A DNA stretch of 64,000 bases from Epithemia pelagica. Its lineage: Eukaryota > Protista > Bacillariophyta. Numbering within the stretch: position 1 is the stretch's first letter; every line of letters starts with the position of its first letter. Position numbers and translations under genes: made by a program. The stretch spans positions 1,178,001 through 1,242,000 of the forward strand of contig OX337236.1 of assembly GCA_946965045.2 (NCBI GenBank), read 5' to 3'. Below are positions 22,270-33,011 of the stretch, one piece after another. The notes under the pieces are model-generated. The model was not told where the DNA came from. It saw nothing but the letters and a program-made list of their open reading frames with translations, and ran no database searches.

Positions 22270-23184
22270 CTAGACACCACCCGAAGAGGTGTACATTTTC
22301 AGAGCCTTTGCACCGTCATCAATGGATCGCTCGGCCAATGCAGCCGTAAGGACATCTCTCGCAGCCAATTTCATATCTTCACCAGAAAGAATCTCATCAT
22401 CTTTCATATCCTTACCAGAAAGGGTCTCCTTTTTCTTGGTACTCAAAATCTCCTCGGCGTCCGCTGCAAGCCGTTCAAACACGTCCGTGATCATGGAGTT
22501 CAAAATGACCATGGCACCTTTCGAAATTCCAATTCCAGGATCAACCAGCTTCAACATTTGGCCAATGGAGGGAGAAAAGTTAATCTGAGTATCCGTAAGG
22601 ACAACAGATTCACCGAACACTGTTTCAAGGTCGTCGTCGCCCTTTACCGTCGAGAAAAGAGTTTCTGGTTTGATCAAAAGCCTGTCGTCACTACGAGCCA
22701 CAGCAACCGTGCGAACCAAGACTTCTTTCGACAAAGCTTCCACGATAGCTGCCAGGAACACGGACACATCTTTCCCTACTGGAGGACTGGTGGATGTTTC
22801 CCGCAGATACTGGTCAATTTGGTCCACTGGGAATACCAAACCAGCCTCCTTGGCATCGCGATCAAACTCAATGTCGTCAATCAAGGGATATACTTCGTCC
22901 TCGTCTGGTTGCGTAGATTCAGTGGCAGTCGAAGCTGTGTTGAACGTCGCACCTTTTGCAGAGGCGACCGTAAAGACAGGAGTTGTCGAAGTACCCTTGA
23001 TGGTACTAAGGCTCTTTGCGGCCAAGCGTTGACGAGCCCTAAATGTCGCTCCGAGAACTCTTCCCTCTTCGTTTCCATCACGTACGCCCCTGAGTGCGCT
23101 CATCTTCTTGCCCAAGGACAACGAAGGAAGCAATGCAGCAAGAGCGAAAGTGATAACCAAGCGAGAGACTTTCATGATTGCCAT
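22270..23184 (-). CDS. Signal-peptide-bearing, acidic H2A-H2B histone-fold fusion protein
   Basis: H2A-like: AGLVFPVDQIDQYLR...VGKDVSVFLAAIVEALSKEVL...IKPETL..TVKGDDDLETVFG. H2B-like: FSPSIGQMLKLVDPGIGISKGAMVILNSMITDVFERLAADA...MKLAARDVLTAALAERSIDDGAKALKMYTSS. N-terminus MKVSRLVITFALAALLPSLSLG (alternative start at 23175). Confidence 0.88.
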   Translation of the reverse strand: MAIMKVSRLVITFALAALLPSLSLGKKMSALRGVRDGNEEGRVLGATFRARQRLAAKSLSTIKGTSTTPVFTVASAKGATFNTASTATESTQPDEDEVYPLIDDIEFDRDAKEAGLVFPVDQIDQYLRETSTSPPVGKDVSVFLAAIVEALSKEVLVRTVAVARSDDRLLIKPETLFSTVKGDDDLETVFGESVVLTDTQINFSPSIGQMLKLVDPGIGISKGAMVILNSMITDVFERLAADAEEILSTKKKETLSGKDMKDDEILSGEDMKLAARDVLTAALAERSIDDGAKALKMYTSSGGV

Positions 23185-24714
23185 CAAGTTGTCCTTTTGC
23201 AAGTATCCCTTGAATGATTTTGTGGGCACACAGCGAAAACTTGCCGATGCGAAAAACACGAAATGACGAAACTCACAGATCCATGTCGTCGAATATTTGG
23301 CATTCAACTCCGACATTCATTTCTATTCGTTTCTGTTCTCCTCAGGTCCCGCCATTACCATTCTCACTTCCGGCTGTGTGCACTTCCTTGTTCGGTCTCG
23401 TTCCACCATTATTACTTTTTTGTGTGACATTTTTGAGGCGGCTGCTCGGGCAAAAGACTTGAGAGAGGGTTGGAAAGAACTTCTCAGCTTCCGGGCTGAC
23501 ATCGACCGCTACTCGTGTCTGGAACAGCTGGGAATGACCCATTCGATCCAATCCGATAGCGGAGATAGGGAACATTGCACCTCGCATGCGCAAGGTTACT
23601 TTGAACACTGGAAGCCAAGGTATACCGAGACAGTCCTCTAAATCCACGTTTCATGATCTCGTTTCGTCGGCGAATGAAACTTGTGATTGAAAACGTCGGT
23701 CATACACCAGGAGGACGTTCTCTTCACTCTCATCAATCGATTCCAAGTGAGGCAAGGCTATTGGCGTTTTTCCGACAGTGCGCACTGGCTTCTTTATGAT
23801 AAAATCGCTCTTACCTCAACTGTCGTTGAAGTCGGGCATGCTTCTAGGCAGGTTTCCGTTGTCCATATCAGAATCAGCGAGTTTCGTGTACAATCTAAAG
23901 GAAAGCCCTCGGAAGAATGTTCTTCTTCTGGAAAGCTGAATCAAATGAAATCCGCTGTAAGCCGAGGCAGCTTTCAATTTGAAGGAATGGCAAGATTTTC
24001 TCATAGCTTTTGGATGCATTACCTCTGTGATTCGAAATCGCGTAACCCGACTGAAGCCCAAACAAGAAGAGGTGATAAGGCGCTGCAGATAGGAGTTTGG
24101 GATCAAGAGTCAAGAGGTCTTTGTGGCATAGTTTGGGTTGGAGGACCATCTTTGTCCCAGGCGAACATGAATGATAGCCTTTTCCAGAAGAATCTGTGTC
24201 GATCTGACAACTAACCGATGTTGGAAGTCACTTGAAGTTCTTCTGGCAACGTCTTTCCTGTGCCGTCAGATTTGGTCCAGAAACTGTAGTGATGGTAGGA
24301 ATTCACATATAGAGGAGGACAGCAACGAAACTTGACGAACATGATGGATGGTGATTGTGATCCATATCGTCAAAGAAGTCAACTTCACTTCTCGTTTTCG
24401 TGCTGACGCGTTTTCCTTTTCTGGACACAGGTCTTTGGACACATCCCTACTCGTAAGGGCTTTCTTCTTGCCAATGATCGCCTGGGACGAGGATCGCAGT
24501 CCGCCATTGCCAATTGAAAGTTGGAGCACGATCAAACTAAAAATTCATGGAAACTATGCCTCAACGAACTAGAGGGCTCAGCAACAATACATAGCTCTGT
24601 TAGCGAATTATGAGTCAGTCACGAATTTCGAATTGCATTCTTTTGCACTTGGGATATCTTTTATCAGAGGGAGTCTCATGCAGCTTTGAAGAAAAGCTCT
24701 TCTGGGACGAGACA

Positions 24715-25545
24715 ATGGCGACACTTTATTTCAAGAACAACCACCTGAAGAGACTTTCGCTTCTCCTGGCTCTCGCAGGACCTGGATTTGCGTTTCTACC
24801 AACAACGTCACCACCTGCCGCCACGGTAGCAGCTGTTCAAACCGATTCGATCACAAAGGCAATGGCGACGTCTTCTTCTTCGGATGCCAGAACGTTTCCT
24901 TCATACTTGGTGGATTCAACGGCTCGGGATGATCATTATGGAACAAATGTGGCCCAGTACTTGGTGGATCTTCATGACAACAAGGCAACCTTTGATTTTT
25001 GTGGTGGTATGATGTTTCAATTGGTTCTGTCCGACACGTTACGCCAACACTTGGGCACCGTGGCGGCGGCCAGCAAGACCGAATCGGAAGGACAACCCAC
25101 CATCTTTGATGCCAATCGTATGCGCATGTTTCGCATCCCAAACTACTCGCAATCCGCCGAAGCGGACAATGTTGCAGTGTTTCATGGACGAGAAGTCCGG
25201 AATGTTCCCGATGCCGCGGGTGGCATGGGCTTTGTCTTGCATCTGAGTATGGCGAACGCCAACGACCCAGAGGGATGGAGTCCCAGCGAAATTGCCGAAT
25301 ACAATGGATGGATGCACGACACTGGCCGTAAATGGAGAAAAGCGGCGGACTGGAAGACGGAAGGATTTTCCAATGTCATGGACAAGTTTGGACCACAATC
25401 GTTTGGATTGCATCATCGATGCTATTGGCATTTGGATGGACAAAATCGTGTGTGGCTATCAGCCGAAGATGGATGCGAAGGTACGCCTGCTCTCAGCGGT
25501 GGAGGTGGACTGGCTTCCTTTGCCAAAATGCTTGGCCTTTCATGA
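24715..25545 (+). CDS. Conserved-looking hypothetical protein, probably plastid-targeted
   Basis: Signal peptide ending GFA-FLP, then a T/S/A-rich transit region. Globular domain with FDFCGGMMFQL, DPEGW and LSAEDGCEG. Confidence 0.75.
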   Translation: MATLYFKNNHLKRLSLLLALAGPGFAFLPTTSPPAATVAAVQTDSITKAMATSSSSDARTFPSYLVDSTARDDHYGTNVAQYLVDLHDNKATFDFCGGMMFQLVLSDTLRQHLGTVAAASKTESEGQPTIFDANRMRMFRIPNYSQSAEADNVAVFHGREVRNVPDAAGGMGFVLHLSMANANDPEGWSPSEIAEYNGWMHDTGRKWRKAADWKTEGFSNVMDKFGPQSFGLHHRCYWHLDGQNRVWLSAEDGCEGTPALSGGGGLASFAKMLGLS

Positions 25546-26111
25546 AATTATGAGTACTCGGAATAATTCAATTTCAGGTTTAGAGTCCATCGTGTTATGC
25601 TTTTCTTCACAAACATGGGGATGCTACCTCGCAGAGCCGATCTCAATCACTACAGCAGTGGCATTGGTCGAAAGAACTTAGTCGCAGGTTGGTCAGCTTC
25701 CCTTCAAAAGTTGGTCGTGGGTCGTGGACGCCGCCTGCCGTGGCAGCTATTGTACGGATATTCTCAAAAACTTGGACTTTTCGGGATTTTGCGGCAACAT
25801 GTCTTTGACGAGTGAGGATGAAGTACCGTGTACCGTACCTTCCAGAGGAAGAAGGGTCAAGAGAGTGCCAAAAGAGAACAGGGGCGAAACGGCGGGTGAA
25901 TCAAGAACGATATTTGCGTGTGTTTTCATTCGGTGTTGGTGGTAAATACTACGTAAAGTAAACCCCACCATCAGCAACACACCCATCGACACGCTTGTCG
26001 ACAACAACTCCAGCAAACAACACATCCACTACCATCGATCACGTCATTGAAATTCAAATCATCGAATCACCGAGATAGGGATTAAGATACCTCACTGACT
26101 GTATCAACACC

Positions 26112-27689
26112 ATGAGTCAGGATAGCCAGGACCTCAGGTTGAAATCAAACCCTTTGGCTGAAGAATTCACTGCTAGTTCCCCGAAGCGACCGAGGACAAG
26201 AATCGCTAGATATCACCTGGTGGATGGCTTGGGAGAGTTGGACAAACTTGACTTCCTTCCCCGTGCTTCACTTGTCGAAAAAGTGTTGGACCGAACAAGA
26301 GAAAGTGGTCTTTTGATCATCAGCTCCCCCCCGGGGACTGGAAAGACGTCCTTGCTGACTCTTCTAAAGGCAAAACTCAAGGAATCAAAAGATACCGTTA
26401 CATGCAATGTGTTACGTCCATCAAATCCCCAAAAGGAAGATTTTGACTTGTTTGACTTTGTCAAAAATAAGACTGGTGTCTCGTATGAGCAGGAATCACT
26501 GGCTGATGGTTTGGAGTCAAAGTCTGAGATCTGGATCCTCTTTGATGATGCACAGAGGCTTTATGACCAAAAATTTCATGCTTTTTGGGAGGACATTGTG
26601 AAGAATGACGACCAAGAACGGTTCGGAAAAACGAGAATTAGGATTGTGGTAGCTGCAACTTATTACTTGGAAAATAACACGGACTCGCCGGTTGCTTTTA
26701 ACGTACAGCGACGCATTGATGTTCATGACTTGCTTTTGCAGGAAACCGAGGCAGCAGAGCTCTTTCATTTGCGTTGCAAGTACCCTGATTGGGAGACTTA
26801 TCGTGATGTGCTCTATTACCTCACTAGTGGTAACGCTGCTGCCCTCACCATCGGAATGAATATAATTTTTGAAGAGAGTGAGAGAGTGAACAGCAAGAGC
26901 TCAGATGGTGGTCTGGATGAGCAGTCTTTCTTGCAAGAAAAGTTAATCGAAAGCAATTGTTATGTGGACCTACTGGTGCGATGTTTCCCTGTAAATGGGT
27001 TTGATGAAGATTCCCATCAAGTCATTATGGATGCGCTGGTAGATGCCTACAGCTCAGATATGAGGGAGAATACCTCCGAGCAAAGTGCCATCCTCAAATT
27101 GCGAAAGGCGGGAATTCTGGACGAAGGAGGCCGTTTCTCATCTCCAGCAGCAGCGCGTTTTTACTATGACCGGGTGTTCCCAAGTGATATGGCACTCGGC
27201 AAGAAGCGTCCCACTAGCTTGCACGGCTTGATCGAGGAAGCAACCAAAAAGTTGTCTGCCAACCGGCTTCGGCAGGCAATCTCGAAGAGCGACAAATATC
27301 GAAAGGAGGCCGTCCTCCAGCACCTTTTCCATGAAGCAATTAGATCCCTTCTTCCTCTGTCGTATCGGATTATCCCGGAATATGGAACGATGGCTGTTAT
27401 TGATGGCGTTTCCAAAACTAGAGAGCTTGATTTCTACATCAGAAACGGCACAAAATGGGCTCTCGAGTTGCTCCGCGACGGCCAGAAGATCAGCCAGAAC
27501 CTCAGTCGTATTCCTGGCAAGTATCAGAACGTTGAAGTAGACCAATGGCTTGTGGTTGACTGCCTAGTGGAGAAAGAACCACAAATAAAGGACGCTAATT
27601 ACTGCGCATTGGTTTTCTCGAAAGACTTTAAAACCGCAATGTGCTACATGCTGGGAGCAAAACCGAAAGAGCTTAAGCTCATGGAATGA
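26112..27689 (+). CDS. Crinkler-type P-loop NTPase fused to a C-terminal REase-like domain
   Basis: Walker A SPPGTGKT; Walker B ILFDDAQ; C-terminal EAVLQHLF...IIPEYG...ELDFYI...WALELLRDG...GKY...WLVVDC. Confidence 0.75.
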   Translation: MSQDSQDLRLKSNPLAEEFTASSPKRPRTRIARYHLVDGLGELDKLDFLPRASLVEKVLDRTRESGLLIISSPPGTGKTSLLTLLKAKLKESKDTVTCNVLRPSNPQKEDFDLFDFVKNKTGVSYEQESLADGLESKSEIWILFDDAQRLYDQKFHAFWEDIVKNDDQERFGKTRIRIVVAATYYLENNTDSPVAFNVQRRIDVHDLLLQETEAAELFHLRCKYPDWETYRDVLYYLTSGNAAALTIGMNIIFEESERVNSKSSDGGLDEQSFLQEKLIESNCYVDLLVRCFPVNGFDEDSHQVIMDALVDAYSSDMRENTSEQSAILKLRKAGILDEGGRFSSPAAARFYYDRVFPSDMALGKKRPTSLHGLIEEATKKLSANRLRQAISKSDKYRKEAVLQHLFHEAIRSLLPLSYRIIPEYGTMAVIDGVSKTRELDFYIRNGTKWALELLRDGQKISQNLSRIPGKYQNVEVDQWLVVDCLVEKEPQIKDANYCALVFSKDFKTAMCYMLGAKPKELKLME

Positions 27690-29193
27690 TGAAAGCTTCC
27701 TTAGAAGAAAACAAACAGAAAGTGACTGCATCTAGATCCTACTAGATATACTTGGATTTGTATTTATTGGATCGGATTTGGCCGTTGGGGGTTTAGAGGA
27801 TTCACTCGTTGACTGGAGAGGAGAGCCTTTCTACCTTGCCAACGGGTGGAAGGAATTCCTGCAATAAGCAATATGTCGCGTCCTTGACTGACAGTCGTTT
27901 GTTCTTTTTTAGCAATGGAGCAACAAAGGAACGCAACAAGTATTTTGGAGCTAGGAAGCCGGTATAGCGAAATGTGCACTGCATTAATGCGCGACTCATC
28001 CACGACCTCAGGAATGCTTTCCCGGAAGAGAAAAAATGACGATGAAAAACAGCACCATAACGGAGAACGCAAGGGTCTCGACGAGGCCACGGAAATTCTC
28101 TCCATGGCAAAGCTTTGTTATGACGTTGCAGAAGGCAAGTGCACAATAATGACCTTGACCTAAGGGAAATCATTCCACTGTTTCATGTCTAGTAGTTGCA
28201 TGTTGTCGTTTGTCGTAGACGACCAATGCTTTCCACATGAAATTGGAATCCATGATGATACCATTTGTTCTTTGCCTGGTTGGAATGAGCAGAGTGGACA
28301 GAAGGTTGTTGTGACGGAAATTCCACCCTTTAGAGAAATGGTTCGTTTCCTGGGCTTGTTGGCGTTTAGCCGATTGCTCAGAGATTTATGGAGCCCCTTG
28401 CAGCTGGTTACCATTTCGGTTGACATGGTTGTGGGATTCCAACGGATCATTCGCCGTAACCCTAACGTTTATTTTTCCGGTATAATGCTTCATTCGAAGA
28501 GTGTTGCTGATGCCACTTGGGGATGAAGGATGGTTTCGTTTGTATCGTTCGTAGTCATCCCCCTTGGTTTATCCTTTTCTTCCGCCTTGGTGTTGAGTCA
28601 TGACGCACAAATCGAGCTTACCTTGGACGAGCAGAAGAAGTTTCTATTCGGGAAGCGACGGAATTTTTCTCGTACCCAGAGTAGGCCTGGACTAAACATG
28701 ATCCTTTGGGGTCCATGCGCAAACAGGCGCAGCATATAATCCATTGATGATGGCACTTTCTTGGTCGAATATTTGATTCATGATTCCCATGGTCAGCCAA
28801 GAAAGACTTTCATTGTTTGAGTTGATGGATCGTTTGCGATGCTGGCAGAGCTCCGTGCTCGGCTTCTCTGTACCCTGTGTGGTACGTCCTCAAGGGGTGA
28901 GCTCGTCTGTCTACTCGATGACCTGAAAGATGGGGTCATTCCGCAATCGGAAGAAAAGGGCATGATCAATCTGAGATTTCATTGGAAAATGTGTGCGCAG
29001 GAGGCGATCTGGTCGCAATTTGCGTTTTCTCACAAGATTTCCAATTGCTTGTTGTTTCTTAGCCCATGCATTGAAAATTGAGGACCATAAGTTTTCTTCT
29101 TTGACATCGCGAATTTCCAGTGTTTCTTATACAATGCCAGAGGTCCTCGCGAGCTTATTTCAGACAAAGGTACCCACAATAGTCGTATCTCTC

Positions 29194-31386
29194 TCAGGTC
29201 ATGACTAGAACAACCATATCATCAAGAGAAATTTCGAACCAAGCCGGAATGATTGTCACGTGACGGAAAGATCCGGAAAAGTCGTCTCCGATATCCATTC
29301 CAAACAGGCTTGCACCGTTGATCCTGTGGGGAAACCGAGCCACTTCTCGCAAGCCAAGACTTGCTTTGAGAGAATCCACGTACGATGACATGGTGATTAC
29401 GTAGTCTACTGTCACCGCCTTTGCTGTCATGGTTGTTTCAAGCAGATGTGTGTCAAGACACGTTTGGTTCTCGTGAGACTCTGCAGTGCATTCGTTGTGA
29501 GTAGGCGCTTTGGGTTCCGCAGTACGAACAAGTTCATAACCCTGTTCTTGCAGAAATGCCAGTGGATCTTTGTGAAACTTGTCCGTTTGACAGTCCAGCT
29601 CCGGATCGGCTCGACAACTGGGCGAACAATCGAGTGTATAGGTAACAAACTGCACAGGAAGGGCATGTAAGTGACTGTGAAGCGGAGTCGAATGGCATCC
29701 TCCTGTTAGGTAGTGTACATGGCGAATCATGTCGGTCGAAGTGGTTGTCCTTCCATGATGTTGCCGCAGAGCATCTTGAACGATCCATCGGTTTACCGCA
29801 ACGGGTCCTTGTTGATGGAACAGTCCCAGGTAGATCAAGGCAAGCAGGTTGGGAACAATCATGAAAATACCGCAAAAGATTAATCGCCAGAACCTGTTGC
29901 TTTTGTTGGAGCCACGAAACAAGTCCGATACCTGTTGACCTGCAATGAGACATGACAGTGGTAAGATAGGTAGAAGGAAGCGAAATTCCTTGTGGGCATT
30001 CAAGGACAGGAGTGATATATAAGATAGACAAAGAATCCATAAATTGCGGTATCCTTGTTTCCTTTGGTGCCTGGGTGTGGCTTTGCAACGATCCCTTGCA
30101 TCCATGAGGACAAAGGGGTAAACGAGACCCAGAACCACTGGCAATGCCACGGTGAAGTTCCAATGCCAGTCATGGGAACCGTACAGCGTGGCTTGGTCCA
30201 ACAAGACATTGAAATGATAGTTTCCCAGGAATGGCATGGTCCAAAATCCATAAAAGAGACGATCTACGAGCAACGAAGACGCCACACCCAGGGCACCAAA
30301 GAGGGCGCAGGGAACAAACAGAAACGATATTTGATGGACAAGCGTTTCTTGTTGTTCTAATGCCATGATAATCCCCATGGGGATGTAGATTGCCAATGCC
30401 GTAAAACGAACGGACGCTGCCATACCACCGAGGAAAAAGGCGCTCGAAAGACGTATTCTTGCCGACAGTGGTGACAGCAACCAAGAGTCGTGACGATTTC
30501 TTGAGATCGTTCCCAGAAATTCAGGACTCACCAAGGCAATACTTGTCATGATGAGCATTGTTTCTTGAGAGTTGGCATAGGTTCTCACCATGGTAAAGGC
30601 ACCAAACCACGAAACCAGGCTGCAAAAGAGGCACCAGGGCGGTAAAACACAAATGTGTTGATTCTCTCTATGGTCGTCCTCTTCACTTAGTCTGGATGCC
30701 GTTACGTTGGCAGTTGTGGTTGGCGATGACAAAATGGTTGATCCTGTTTCTGTCACGTTATCATAAGCCTTCCTAGGTTGTAGCCATTTGGCACAATACC
30801 AAACTGCATAGTCGGTCGGCGCTGCAACCCCAATCGCATACAGGCACATGGGACCTCGAGCGATCAACCACCAAAGGCAGAACGACAGGGAGGGGCTCTT
30901 TGCGATTGGCCATCCCAGTCTAGTCAGAAGTGCAACACCTTGGCGTATAACAGAATAAAAGAGACACACTGGTACAATGGACAAATGTGACCGCACGGGG
31001 CCCCACATACTCTGATGGAGAAAGTGCAGGAACCAAGGGTAGAACCCTGGAGCACTAGCACCTTGATTCTCGAATCCAAATGTTTCATCTGTCATGTGGT
31101 CCAGTCGACGTTTCCATTCCCACGTAAATCCAGGGCATGTCCATAGTCCCTCGTCGACTTGCTTGTCACCGAGTCCGTTTGTTGTGATGTTGATGCGGTC
31201 GGCCCCAAACACGTGACAATAGGCAGGCTCCAGTGTTTGCCAAAATTCGTCTGGATCAAAGTAGGTTTGAACCAAAAATGTGTTGAGGATCCTGAAAAGA
31301 CATATTCCCAAGAACACTAAAACTTCGTTGGTTGCTGTCGCAAAGGAAGAGGACCGAGCGGCCGACGGTCCAGTCACCAGCACCAT
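29194..31386 (-). CDS. PIGB: GPI mannosyltransferase 3 (PIG-B/Gpi10)
   Basis: TYFDPDEFWQTLEPA, RTYANSQET, HKEFRFLLPILP, CHSTPLHSHLH; many TM helices. Confidence 0.93.
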   Translation of the reverse strand: MVLVTGPSAARSSSFATATNEVLVFLGICLFRILNTFLVQTYFDPDEFWQTLEPAYCHVFGADRINITTNGLGDKQVDEGLWTCPGFTWEWKRRLDHMTDETFGFENQGASAPGFYPWFLHFLHQSMWGPVRSHLSIVPVCLFYSVIRQGVALLTRLGWPIAKSPSLSFCLWWLIARGPMCLYAIGVAAPTDYAVWYCAKWLQPRKAYDNVTETGSTILSSPTTTANVTASRLSEEDDHRENQHICVLPPWCLFCSLVSWFGAFTMVRTYANSQETMLIMTSIALVSPEFLGTISRNRHDSWLLSPLSARIRLSSAFFLGGMAASVRFTALAIYIPMGIIMALEQQETLVHQISFLFVPCALFGALGVASSLLVDRLFYGFWTMPFLGNYHFNVLLDQATLYGSHDWHWNFTVALPVVLGLVYPFVLMDARDRCKATPRHQRKQGYRNLWILCLSYISLLSLNAHKEFRFLLPILPLSCLIAGQQVSDLFRGSNKSNRFWRLIFCGIFMIVPNLLALIYLGLFHQQGPVAVNRWIVQDALRQHHGRTTTSTDMIRHVHYLTGGCHSTPLHSHLHALPVQFVTYTLDCSPSCRADPELDCQTDKFHKDPLAFLQEQGYELVRTAEPKAPTHNECTAESHENQTCLDTHLLETTMTAKAVTVDYVITMSSYVDSLKASLGLREVARFPHRINGASLFGMDIGDDFSGSFRHVTIIPAWFEISLDDMVVLVMT

Positions 31387-31896
31387 GGTCAAACTTTCAA
31401 AAGTGTCACGCCACAAACTGTGATGGCAGAAAGCTCGGTGCGCACGCGCAAAAGAGGGTCGTGCATGCGCTCGGGGGTCGGGGGACTGCGTCACGCCTGG
31501 CGACACTTTCGCTTCAAAGGCCTACCTCTAGTAGACCTACCTACTCCTTTCGAACTGGGAAATCCAACATCCTGTGTAGATCCAACAACACCAAAAAGAA
31601 CAAAAGGACATGTCACTACAAGAAATAATCAAGCGGCCAAACTTGAACATGAACTATCTATTCGAGACGGGCTGTACCTAGAAAGTGTGGCGGTTATCAT
31701 CTCTTTCCCAAATCAACAGATGACATCAGTCTCTTTACCTTGGCTTGTGGAGTTGAAGTGCTGGCTAGTTTGGTTGACAACATTTTTCTGGGTTCTGGGA
31801 ACGCAGATACGAAAGTATCGGCCTCTCTATAATATTTCTCTACGTGTTTGATTGGTATGAACAGGGATGGAAGAAGGAGATATGCAAATTTGCCAT

Positions 31897-32733
31897 TTAC
31901 GTGTTTTTGATAGCAACAGCCAAAAATACTTTGGCAGAGTCTTGGGGTCCCATTTGCAACAAAAGCTCCTCGTGCGTTTGTTCTGTAGTGCAGTTCGCTG
32001 CAGCATGCATTTGTCTCACCTTGTCGAGAGTCATGCCATTGGCCGGTTGTCCTTCTCCGGCCGGCCAGTCAACATGCAACCATTTACCATTGGGCTTCAA
32101 TAACCGTCCCAAAGCTTGACAGGTGGCTTCCAAATCCTCTTCTGGAATAAAATTCATTACCGAACTTGCCACAATGACATCGACTTTACCCTCCAACGAT
32201 TTTATCGTGTCATCAAAATTTGAGGACGTGGTTCTTGAGGTTCCGGCATGGGCCAAGATTCCCGAAATGGCCGTGACGTTATTCCATTCTCGTGTTTCGA
32301 TTTTATCTTGCAATAATTCAATCATTTTGGGTGCGGCATCTACCGCCACAACACGTCCCACTTGAGGACGCAAGCGGTCCGTCAACAATCCAGTGCCACA
32401 GCCAAAATCCAACACTGTCAAGGTCGATCGATCTCCTCCTTCTTCTTCTTCTTCTTCCATTCCTAGGTTGGACCAAAGTATCGAATGTAATCCTGCGGCA
32501 TAACCACTGGCCAAATCATCCCATGTGCCGGCCATACTATTCCATTCGTCGTTCACTTGCGACTGCGCCGATGAACTGGTATCCGCCATGTTTAACAGGG
32601 TCTGGTGCGTACCATATGTGTTCACGTGGATGGCGAATAATCGATTGCAATTGTAACTGTCGTGAAGAACAAACCCTGATACGGTAAGTTGGAGAATGAT
32701 TGCTAGAACCAATCGCCAACAGCCCATTCCCAT
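31897..32733 (-). CDS. Class I SAM-dependent methyltransferase, probably plastid-targeted
   Basis: VLDFGCGTGLL, VVAVDAAPKMI, VDVIVASSVMNF, LKPNG. Signal peptide ending VSG-FVL. Confidence 0.88.
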   Translation of the reverse strand: MGMGCWRLVLAIILQLTVSGFVLHDSYNCNRLFAIHVNTYGTHQTLLNMADTSSSAQSQVNDEWNSMAGTWDDLASGYAAGLHSILWSNLGMEEEEEEGGDRSTLTVLDFGCGTGLLTDRLRPQVGRVVAVDAAPKMIELLQDKIETREWNNVTAISGILAHAGTSRTTSSNFDDTIKSLEGKVDVIVASSVMNFIPEEDLEATCQALGRLLKPNGKWLHVDWPAGEGQPANGMTLDKVRQMHAAANCTTEQTHEELLLQMGPQDSAKVFLAVAIKNT

Positions 32734-33011
32734 TTCCCATTGTTGTGGTTGGATCGGGGGTATCTTTTTCTGATCGTTTCGTTTAAATTTCAAATTATGT
32801 CGATGGGGCTTTGGTCCCGTGGCATTCGGAGTGTGTCGTATAAGCTGCAAGCCGGCGTGCTCGCATGTTTTTTCAGTCGTACCTCGGACGTGTTTCGGTT
32901 GGATGGAGATATTTTTCTGATCGTGTCTTAAATGGACCATGAAAGAGTGCTCTTCTTTGAAAGGCTTGCCCCTCAACACACAATTTGACATCAACTGACC
33001 GACGCGTTCCA

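Noticed and set aside
22228-23217. 329-aa + strand ORF overlapping the histone doublet
   Set aside because: Antisense shadow of a recognisable gene; no motifs.
23640-24600. ORFs of 66-175 aa between the histone doublet and the plastid protein
   Set aside because: Mostly non-ATG starts and no domain signature; treated as intergenic or unresolved.
27760-29190. Patchy minus-strand reading frames that might be a decayed gene
   Set aside because: Hand translation gave no recognisable motif; cannot be supported without a search.
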